64,000 nucleotides of DNA from Phoronis australis (Eukaryota; Animalia; Phoronida): the NCBI GenBank assembly GCA_002633005.1, contig NMRA01000011.1, positions 1,990,477-2,054,476 of the forward strand, written 5' to 3'. The notes below the pieces were generated by a model that worked only from the letters and a program-made list of their open reading frames with translations, had not been told where the DNA came from and made no database searches. Positions 53,560 to 64,000 of this stretch are shown here, piece by piece. The translations under genes were made by a program, and so were the position numbers. Numbering within the stretch: the stretch's first letter is position 1; every line of letters begins with the position of its first letter.

Positions 53560-55043
53560 TCACAAAATTAGCCATTTTTACAATATTTCACATGTCTAGC
53601 AAAATACCTTCATTCTCGGGGAACTTCAAATACAAAATATATACTGTGTAGCAAGAAAAAAAGATTTAGCAGAACCACCTTGGAACTACACAACCCCATG
53701 CATATTTTACTACTAATCCGAGGTCAAAGGCTACAGGGCTGTCACTCAGATCGAATCTCCTGCTGGGTACAGAGCAGCTTGAGGTATTCTCTCAGTCCTT
53801 TCATTCACCAAGTCGCCATATAAATGAGTCAACGAGGTGTACTTATGATACAATGGTGCCAGAGAAAACAAAGACAAAGAGACATAGTTTTGATCCAAAA
53901 GGAGTTGTGCGTTTACATGCATACGAACGTTGGTGTTGAGAACGAATGCTATGTCAGTTGCCTCATGATTCTGTGGTCATGAACACAGTAAGTTGTGAAA
54001 GGAGATAAATCCTCACCCAATTTCCTTAATTCAAGTAGGAAAGTTAACTGACATTTCTCTGTTTCACTCTCGTGCTAATTGCTTGCTTTAACCACCGATT
54101 CACTTTTTGTTATCCGTTTCTTACTTTGTTTCGTGTTGGTCTCCCAGCTTATGATGCTTACAGACTATTTGTATAACAAGGAACTGTGACCTACTTTTAA
54201 GTAGGTCAAACAACCGTAACAGTTGATTTCACCTCGTGGCTGGGGACGGTAGGTTTAGATGATAATTAAGTTAATTAGGCCCTGCAAATTCAGTTGACAT
54301 TGCGAGTGAATATTTAAATAGCTAACATAGTTAAGGCATGTATAGGTTATATTTACTGAAAACAAGTTTCACCTAATAATTAACTGAAGACTTTGAAATT
54401 TTCACTTGTCACAATTTAATCAGCCTTTTCTCGGCTTCGGCTAATCAACTTTATTTGAACTTAGGAACTTGAGTTCTCAAAAACGGCTTGATGGATTTCG
54501 CTGAAACTTTCTAAACTTAATACTTAGTTATCAATCTCAAAAACACTACAATGCTTTGCGATTTCTGGGTTTGTCATTATTTCTTTGTGTGTTCTGTGTA
54601 TACTTCAATAAATATATATCACTTATAAAAAATCTCAAAAACACTATTAGGATTTTCAGTATAAAGGCCTAGTTTTTGCATAACGTAACGAAGACGAATA
54701 CAACAGACACTTCTATTTTTTTACAAAAATACCTTAAGTTTTGTGAGTTGATTTGTCATAGAAACCAAACAAAAATATTATTTGAAAATTCTTAACAGCA
54801 TTTTTGAGGTAACTGGTGAAGTTTTCATTTAAAAAGTTCCATTAATTGACTGAGGGGTTTCTTTTGCTATGAGTGTACCTTTCTTAAAATAAAATTTTTA
54901 CTTAAAAAAGGTGTTAACGTTGTAATAATAATGGTACATAAATACAAAATATATTTTTATCTCTGATCTTTTTTCTTTCAGAATATAATACCTCTAAGTT
55001 GACAAAACTTATTTTTTGATATACGAGTTAGAATGGAGGCCAC
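53560..55043 (+). repeat. Dispersed repeat copy B
   Basis: Colinear with copy A, but has about 720 extra bp (53678-54395) that copy A lacks. Confidence 0.8.
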
Positions 55044-56299
55044 TAAATAAAAAAACAACCAATTTTGTATCAATTTAGATTGAGTAGTTCCACTTGATAA
55101 CGGCAGGTTCAGTTGCGTTACCTGACACCTGACGGCAGACAGAGTTGTTGAAATTATCCAATGACGTAATCAGTTTCACACGCTGTCTGTTCAGCAGTTT
55201 ACAGTACGGGTTAGTGGTCTCAGCATATTGCTTGAATTCATCGTTTAATACCAATAAATCATCAAACTTCGATGTAAAACCTTTAAAAATACACCGAGTT
55301 CTTATAAAAACATGTTGTTTTATTTCGCTGTTACGGATTTTATGGTATTTGGACATACCGAAGCCTACAAAGTTTGGCAGTTCAACTTACCAAGGTCCGT
55401 AGCGGGAGTTTTGGGGTCTGTTCGGAGATAAATTCGAAGTATTCTTCGGTGAAATACAGACAGGAGAACCTAGATCTGTGTTGCTTGTGATTTTTGAGTT
55501 CTAAATACACAAAACGCTTGTTATCCCGGCCAGTGGCGCGGAACCCGATCAGGTCTGTTGCGGCCGCCGGGACTGGCATGAGTATAATCTAGCTTGAGTT
55601 GGAAACTAAGCCTTCAGTCACGAAAAAACTATAATTGTGAGCCAAAAAAATAATGGACATGTAATTATTTATGTGAATTAGCCACGAAACTGAAAATCTA
55701 CTTGTTGGGGGCCGCGAATTTGGGTTCCCCTTCCACAGACCGTCAGGGCAAAGGTTGTAGAGTAACAATTGATTTGAATAATGTATTTGTATTTCTAAAT
55801 AAAGATTACCCTAACATGTGACCATAGCATATAAAATCGAGTAATTGTTTCACAACAGCTTTCTTTCAGCAAACACTGAATTAGCATGCGCTCACACGGC
55901 CTCGGTGCCCGGTCAATTACCTTTGTTGCCGGCATCGAAAGCCGGTAACGCAGTGGTTTATTCATTGCTGGCTTCTCAAAACATTTGCACTCACAAGCAC
56001 TCCAAAGCATTACAAATTGTATCTAATGAGGTAGACTTTGTTTCAGTTTCATGTAAGCATTGGTTAGGATGAGAATAATTCGTTTTGAAATAGAACACAG
56101 AATAATAAACGTCTGCATGGCAACTCGCCCGGCGCCAATCCCGATTTAGTCAAGAGCTCATCTGACGAAGACTTTAATCACGGGTCGGAACGTTAGGTTT
56201 CACAGGCTATCAGTTCCAACCAGAATAAACTGATCAAGAAATACTAGAGAGGTGCCGACAAAACATGCACAGGCAACGGAACGTTTGGATAGTTCTTTG

Positions 56300-56520
56300 G
56301 TAAGCCGGAATTCGTCAGAGAAATCACTGGCGACGAAATGCCAGACATGGAGATGTTTCAAGGCCTCATGCTATTAACAGCGTACCTTTCATTCTTCACT
56401 ACTGCGAGCCATTTCCTAAGCATTTCGGGCTCTCGAGGAAGTCGAAAAAATGATATACCTGCTTTCTTCGCAGCTTCATAGTTCGGACAAGCGGGACCGA
56501 TGCACCGCAATATAGTGGCA
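56300..56520 (-). pseudogene. Degenerate THAP-domain remnant
   Basis: RCIGPACPN...GISFFRLPREPEMLRKWLAVVK matches the THAP C-x-C...F..P...W pattern, followed by a stop and frameshift. Confidence 0.65.
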
Positions 56521-59500
56521 TTCACTCTGCAGACAAACCACTGACGTCGCTGCATCGATTTTCACCTTTCTCACAGGTTAACGCGACGCTTCTCGGCTTG
56601 GTGAGGTCGACCGTATTAGGCGATGTGGATATAGACCGATTAAGACGGTAAAAAAGACTAATTAAATCGGGTGGCATTCTCTTTTAAGGACAAATATCCT
56701 ATGAAATTGTAAGATAATCACATGCACTGATACTTGAATTCAGTATGTTAATGAATTTCAACTGTCTGAATACTTTCAAGTTACTTAGCATTTCTTTTTA
56801 AAAGTGATTTTTGTGAAATGTAACTCAGCCAGGCAAAGCAATTAACTGCAAATTACTGGCTTGCGTTATATTTTCATTTGTGAACAAAGTGAATATTGGT
56901 AATTTGGTTGCAGTTTGTTAGAACAAACTACTTTCAGTCCATTTTAGCCATTAAAGCCACATCTCAGAGAGAGTCTCGCTTTGATTGTTCTTAGTTTTTG
57001 CTTTGATTATGTTAAAACATCCAGACTATTCTAGATTAGTTGCCGTACTAATCAATTCACCATTACTTGGCATTAATTACTGAGGTGGTGAATCTGAAGG
57101 TCATTTTAGTTTGTACTGACTTTGAAATTCATTTCTGACTGCGTATGGGAGCTGCTGATGGAGCACTGCAAGAATAAATCTTGGTAAATAACAACCCGGA
57201 GAAATTTTCCACCGAGCGATTTCAACTGGTCACACAATACTGGTGACTTGACACACAGTATTGATGACATGACACATGATACCAGTCAGACTGATCACAG
57301 GTATTGGTGACTGTTCACTGATATTCAGTGACTGGTCATATAATACCTATGACATCTCTTACCCTCCTGTGTAAAACTTGCATGCGTGATATCCTGTGTA
57401 AGACTTGCATGCGTGATATTCTATGTAAGACTTAGATTAGATAAAATTCTTGAAAGTCAACAAAATTGTCAGACAGTGTTGTTCTTATTTACAATTAAAT
57501 TTGTTCAGTTCCCTTCAAGATCTTAAGCAGACTAATCTCCGACATAAGAAAATCAACTTTTTAAAGTTTAACTTAATTTTTGAGATGTACTGCTGATTGC
57601 ATTAAATTTTAATGGTGATACACTTGGCCTAGGCTTCTTCAATTAAAAACCTTACCATTCAGGTCTTAATTGCTCTGCTCATTGAAGCAAACCATAGTAT
57701 GTGTGCTATCCAATATGAAATGGATCGATTTGCATCCCTTTGAGATACATAGTGATAGTTGTATTGTTGACAAGCACTGTGATTATTAATTTATGTAGTT
57801 GTGGTAACAACTGAAATTTATGTAAGCACTTAGATATGGGGCCTTTTGCTTTAGAAGTGAACTTAAATACAGTTGAATGGATAAAAATTGCACATGCCAT
57901 GCACCCAAGGGCCAAGGGGGTGCACGTGGACATGCCGTTGTCGATTTTTGTGTGACATTACTTAAGTAAAGATTTGTAAAATTTGGTACTGTGGATATTT
58001 CTTAAGGCCACTTGCTTAGAACAGTGGGTGATTCTTTATTCATCTAGGTATGTTTTGTAACAGCTATGAACTAACACGTTCCAAATTTCTTTGGAAACCT
58101 TTCCTGCAACACAGTCTAGCAAATGTAAGCCAGCATTGAGGTTGTACACTCATGTATGCACCTTGAGTTTAACCTCACTAAAGTTCCATCCACTTGCAAA
58201 CCCACACTAGAACAATGTGCCATGCAAGTGACCCCACGTTAAGTTAGTGAAGCGTCCAAACACACATGATTGTCCAATAGTGCAATAGGCTGCTGAGAAG
58301 TGGTTGCTTTGCGTAGTACATTGAACTGCGGATACGAATTCACCGCGAAAAAAGACCCATATGTAGGTAACCGTGTGCAAGTGCACAGCTGATAATTTTT
58401 TTCCGCTTGAGCCAGGTTTGCAGCCACCTAAGGATTAGAAGTGGTGCAAGTTGTCCTTACAACAGCTTCACACTACCTCGATGAGGTGGAGTAAGTTGTC
58501 ACAAGTGAGGCAAGTTGTACTAGTTTAAATGATATTCTGAGACAGCTCCCAAACCAAGTAGTACCCGCTCAAGGAGTAACTTAATGTTCTAGGATAAGTC
58601 TGTGTTTGATGGAGGCCGCATAAGTCTCCCATCAGATTTGACTTATTGTTTTCTAACTTTATCATCGTTTGAACCATTTCCGTAATGATGTACAACTCGT
58701 GAACCTGTTTAAACAGCAACTGGTTGGTTCTTTTATAATCAAGTGCCCTTTTTCATTGGTAATTTTTCATGAAAGCATTATTTGCCTAATTCCGGTTATG
58801 AATTCTGTGTTAATGTTATTGGGTTACTCCTGCATAACTTTTGAGAGAATCTAATATTGGTCACGAGAGACCTGAGCATTTTGATATATGATGAGGACAG
58901 TCAATTAACAAAACATAATCAATGGTATGCAACTTATTGGATTACTTTGTTATTGTAATGACCTACATTATTATATATTGGGATATAATTGCGGGTGTTT
59001 AATTTGGGTCATCTCAGTCTGTGGTAAATGTAGCTGTTTTTCGTAAACTTTTTGAGGGTCGTGACATTAAAAAAATAACAGATAAGCTCCTGCCTTTATT
59101 ATGAAAGCATGAATCTGTCTGACCACTACTGCGCTATCTAGTGGCAATTTCAATTTTTATCATGAAACATACTAAGCTGATGTTAAAAGTTTTGTACGCT
59201 TTGAGTACCTGTAAAAATGGAAACATTTGGCCAATTTGTAAAATAACCGTATCTCAATTATAACTGGTGAGATTGAAATTAAATGTTTAGTGATAGGGTT
59301 CAATGCTGTGTTCTCCAAACAACTGGAGATACTTTGAAAAAAGTTAAGTCTGATAATTTTTATGAAACTACTGAAAAGCTGTGTAAGTCAAAAATGAAAT
59401 GATTATTTAAAAAAACTGCCATCATTTTCAAGTATTTGTAGAAAGAAATTTGGTGAAGCATGTTCTTGATGCCATTTTTGGCTATGAACAGAAACTTTCA

Positions 59501-60661
59501 TTTTGCTAAGTTTTACTGAAACGACTTGGTCGAATAAATCAATTTCTGACTCTCAGGTGTTTATATTTGTGAGGGTAAAGGCTGAGCCTTACTAATATTG
59601 GTTTAGACTCATTACTATGTATTAATCTTTTTTATTTTTCAATTAAGGTTTCTTAAATGTGTTTTGAATGACTGCATTTTCTCAAAAAGTTGGTAAATCT
59701 AGTGTTGAAGGAGAAAATGATGAAACATGAGCACGTGGTTGTCTTGCAACTTACAACATTTCTTCTAATGATTTTATTGTTTATCTGTTTAGGGGTTATT
59801 TTTTACCTACTGTTTTAATGTTATTTGTGCTTTGAGGTACTTTTTTGTTATTATAAATTACCCTTGTTTCAGCATCCATGGCGTTCTTTGCATCTCTAGA
59901 AACTGGCATGTGATGGTTGTTTATGTATCACCAGGACAATTGTATGGATCATGAATATCTTTTTAAATTATAAATACGATAAGTATTTTGGAATTTTTAT
60001 TGTGTCCTTTGTTTGTGAGATTTTTCTGTGACATGAGAAAAGTTCCGTTTAGACATCAACTTATGGCCTGGCAGAACTGATACGGAGCGAATTGACCCGT
60101 GTCAAGCGGACGTTTACACACACAACTCACTAAGGCATGCAAGACGGAATCCCGGGTGAGAATTTTACGCGTTTGACACAATCTGAAACGGTGGAGTATT
60201 GGACGTGGCGTGTCAAACGTATAAAATGTGGCGTGTCAAACGTGTAAAATGTAGTGTGTCAAACGTGGCAAAAACGTGTAATTTCCGTTCTAATATAACT
60301 CCATGTTTGACACATTTAGCGTTTCAAACGTGGCGCTTTTGCCACGCTAGCATGTAATCTGTCATTGCCATGGTAGCGACCACACATTTAGCCTGAGGCT
60401 GTGGACAAGCCACAATGTTCTTGTTTATAGCTGCTCACCATGCATACTGAAAGCAAATGTATAAAGGGATTTCTTCTTTAAGTCACTGTTCATTGTGAAA
60501 TATAATTAATCCAAAATGTGATATTGATATAGAATCTTTAAAAGGATAATGTAACTATCCAATTCTTACCACAGACAGTTGTCAATAAATTTTATTACAT
60601 CTAGAATAACATTAACACAGAAATAAGAAAATGGTTCAGCATACAAGTTTGAAGTGCTTAA

Positions 60662-61097
60662 AGGCGAAGGCAACCTTTTTCCATGTCATTTTGAGGTAAA
60701 ATAAGGTTGGTTGGTTATCCTAGACATATTTTCCACTTAATTACAGCTTTTCGTAATTTTATAAATTACTCGTCCGCTACTCCGGAAGTGACGTTTTAGG
60801 AGGCAAGCGTTTCCCGCCACTTGGCTTTTGCGTTGACTTTACCGTGCAAATCTGGTCTATTCTACTTATGTTTTGTGCTGTTTTTCAACAATTGTCGCCA
60901 CCAATTTCCATCGGCGAGTATTCTGCGGCAAGATAGGTTAGTAGAGAACTCAACTACGTTGGATTTAGGGATTGTTTAGTGTGTTGTAAGCTGAAAATGG
61001 CTGGAGTCGGTGACCCGTATCACAGTGACAGTAGTGTGAGTGACGGAGACCTTGTTCACAGCAGTGGTGACGAGGAATTTTTTCACGGACATTCAGT
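60662..61097 (+). mobile_element. Opposite terminus of the young Kolobok-like family, with an acidic ORF start at 60997
   Basis: TTAA|AGGCGAAGGC. About 158 bp nearly identical to 32615-32772, then unrelated. ATG at 60997 opens MAGVGDPYHSDSSVSDGDLVHSSGDEEFFHGHS up to the N at 61098. Confidence 0.75.
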
Positions 61098-61378
61098 NTG
61101 CCACAGTTTTGCGTTTAGACATAAAGTTGACACAGAGCAAGATGTTTGGGCACAAATTGCTATACCTCACAAACGGATGGCAAAATTTGTCACAGCGGTG
61201 TCAATTTGCTCCGTGTCAGTCCCGTTTACACAATGGAACAACTCGTTCCGTGTCAACTTTTGAAGTGTAAACGGCACTTAAATGAGACTGCCAAAATTAT
61301 TTTCCAATTTTCCAGTATTTGAAAGAATTAATATGTGCTGTTATTCCCTCAAGAGGGCGCTTTGTGCTGTTCTTGTAG

Positions 61379-61481
61379 ATGTCACTATTCTTGATGAGTG
61401 GTATCCATTGGATGAAAATGCAGTACCGCCAAAACATGTGCTGGCCCCTATCAACGGAAAGTTTAAATACTTTTACAGCAG
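61379..61481 (+). CDS. NWD-like coding exon 4: DVTILDEWYPLDENAVPPKHVLAPINGKFKYFYSR
   Basis: ttgtag acceptor, phase 1 in and phase 2 out (ag/GTAATG). L..WY..DEN.VP...L.P is a hallmark NWD-family motif. Confidence 0.9.
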
Positions 61482-61779
61482 GTAATGCCATTTTTGTCTC
61501 ATGAGAATTCAAGCCATTAGTCTAATCAATCATCCTAACCATTATAAATGATTGTGTTCACCCTGATCTTTATCTTTTTTCACTATTCAAAGGCATTCTC
61601 AAACAAAACCAATTAAAGCTGATGAAAATCAAAACATTTTGTTTAAAGTCACCCATAAAATATTTTCCTGTTTGCTCTCTTCCTGTTCAATTGCATTGTA
61701 GGTAGCTGCTAGGTAGGTGAAATATTTAATTTTTATGGCCAGCATTCACTGTTTGGTCACCTGGCATCCGCTAGTCTAT

Positions 61780-63240
61780 CTTCTAAACCTTACAGGCTCT
61801 TAATATTTGTTGGTATTCCTGTGAAGCTGACGATGGATGACAGCAAGTTTTGTACAAATCTGACTACCGCTGTGGCCCCCTAGTGGCAACTTAAGTATTT
61901 TATGTTTGCCACTGTTTCTTCAGAGTTCCGAGACCAATTTTCTTCAAAGTTTGAAAGTTGACTTCTATTGAGGAGACCTGAACTCTTTATCATTTATGAA
62001 CGGATTTGATGCATCCTGCGCCCTCTTGTGGTCATTCTTCAGTCATTTTTTTGCGTCAACCTCTCCGTCTGCCAAACCACTCGAAAGATCATTATGAAAA
62101 TAGGCATATGTGTTCATCTCGAAAAGACCATGACTGAGGTTCATTTTGGGATCGATCAGACTTCTGTCTTACCCCATAGTGGCACTTTTATGGGTCCACT
62201 GCTGTATCTCCTTGACTGTTTGCAGGACCTTGTGATATTTGGCAAGTCTTTCTATGAAATTGTGACTATGGATGGGCATGAGTTTTGGACGGATCTGACT
62301 ACCGGTATTCCCTCTTGTGGTAAAGCTACTTTTTTACATTTATGTCTGAATCTTCAGAGTTCCTTGATACATTTTCACGAAATTTGGGAAACAGATTTCT
62401 ACGATATAGAGGTGACAAGGTCTTTTCATTTTCATTTAACAGATTTTACACTTACCTAGTGGCCACTTGAATTATTTTTTATTCTGGTTTATTATGTAAT
62501 CACCCACCTCTTTATCCATCAGACTAACCGGGATGGGTATTAAAATTGGAAGAAGTGGTTCTACTGATAAATGCACTAGTGACATTTGTTTTTGGACTGC
62601 TGTGGCTCTCCCTAGTGGCAAATATTTACATCCGCAGTTGTATCCCGTTAGTGTCTTGCAGTATCTTTTTTGACAAATTTATTCCAATTAACTTGACAGC
62701 AGATGGTGATTTCTTTCTGATGAATCCGACTGCCACTGTACCGTCTAATGGCAATTTGACTGTGGTTGAGATTGTGTCGGACTGGTGTGAATACTGTGTC
62801 ACCCCCTAGTGGTGATTTTGTCCTTTTTTCGTCCGTGTTTACAGCTCCTTCAACCTGTGCAGGATCTTCGTGGCATTTTGTAAGTGTTTTCCTATAAATG
62901 TGGCTGCTGTCTATTATATTGATGGCCCTGAATACCGCTGTGTCCCCCCGTGACAATTTTGGCTTTCATACACACACATTCATCCTCCTCGTTCATCTGT
63001 CTGGTGTCCGCTGGCACACGTCCGGTATCCACTGCTGTGTCTCCAAAAGCCCTGGATAGAGATTAGTAAAATTATCGCAGTTATTTTCCTGCCATGGACG
63101 GAATGACATTTTCTAATGAATTTGACTACCGTTGTGTCTCCTTAAGGGGCAATTTTTAGTCTTTCACAGTTGCCTCTGTATCTTTGGAATTCATTAATGG
63201 ATTTTCATGAAATTCGGTAAATAGTTTACTGTAAAGATAG
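61780..63240 (+). repeat. Degenerate array with ~145-bp period
   Basis: Recurring gatctgactaccg...cccctagtggc...ttt and gaaatt(t/c)gg blocks. Related units lie at about 4000-4700 and 37450-37900. Confidence 0.65.
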
Positions 63241-63862
63241 CTGTTTGTGATGCAGGTGTGGTACTCATTGCACTTCTTTTTTGCTTGTCTGGGCATGCTC
63301 ATTTTTGTTCCGAAATATTATGTTTTTGCAATGGGCTTTACTCGATTGAATAGTGTTGTATTCCTCCTTGTTAACTTACCATTCCTGGTCTATATTCTGC
63401 TGCGGTCGCATGGAACGTTCTTGCGCCCGGTCGTTATGATGGTTAATTTCAGGACATTTTGTCCCATTATTCTTAGTGTGTCACTCAGTCAACTTTAAGC
63501 CCGTTTTCCATCCAAGAAACAAGATTTTGCTTTGATCACTTAATAACTATAGAATTCGTCTCAACCTGTTCTTGAGCTCAGATTGGGAATGATTTCTGGT
63601 CATGCAAAGAACTCTGGCATTTCTTTATTTCCTGAGATCATGTTTGGCACAAAAATTAGCATGCCATATCAAGCTAACTTTTAGTGCCTGGTATTAGACA
63701 TTGACGGATTGCCAGTTTTTTTAAAGCCCTGAAATCGCATCCAATTTTACTGAGGAATAATTTGATAATGGCAAGTGGCATGAGTCAAAGGCTGTTTGTG
63801 TGAAAGAAGGTGAGTTTGTTGCATATTTGAAACAACCAATTGACTGCACCCTCACTTTACAG

Positions 63863-64000
63863 GAGCTCAGCCAATGCCAGCCTATGTGAGAGAGACATCT
63901 CTGGATGGTATCAGACGTTCATCAAGCTGCAGGACATTGTCCAGTATGGCAGCAGTTTGGCCTTCCAGGAGGGCCTTATTAACCAGGTACACCAACACAA
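63863..64000 (+). CDS. NWD-like coding exon 5 (probably runs off the window): SSANASLCERDISGWYQTFIKLQDIVQYGSSLAFQEGLINQ(VHQH)
   Basis: tttacag acceptor, phase 2 in matches exon 4, open to the window end. W......L..I......A...G.I pattern as in NWD proteins. A weak alternative donor exists at 63987. Confidence 0.82.

Noticed and set aside
57365-57433. 27-bp unit x2.5, and an 11-bp unit x4 near 11625-11670
   Set aside because: Ordinary slippage repeats with no further structure.
32615-60820. One giant 28-kb transposon bounded by the two matching ends
   Set aside because: Both ends point the same way (direct, not inverted) and the interval contains host exons 2-3, so these are two separate insertions.

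Overview
AT-rich, intron-dominated animal genomic DNA; an invertebrate source is likely but inferred. One host gene runs across the window on the + strand. Five phase-compatible GT-AG exons (6875-6989, 44687-44889, 50806-50905, 61379-61481, 63863->64000) encode the N-terminal DUF4062/TIR-like region of an NWD1/NWD2-like NACHT-WD40 protein, with a 37.7-kb intron after the first coding exon. The introns are full of DNA-transposon remains. The main ones are TTAA-flanked Kolobok-like elements carrying THAP-transposase and putative KolX gene heads: one copy is built from two left ends, one is internally deleted with convergent gene heads, and two young copies run into assembly gaps. There are also hAT, PIF/Harbinger and Tc2-like MITEs, a 59-bp minisatellite, a ~145-bp periodic array with CTCF-like motifs, Penelope-like hammerhead remnants and a tRNA-like SINE head. 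Most ORFs in the supplied track are spurious. All family calls come from motif recognition by eye, not from database searches.
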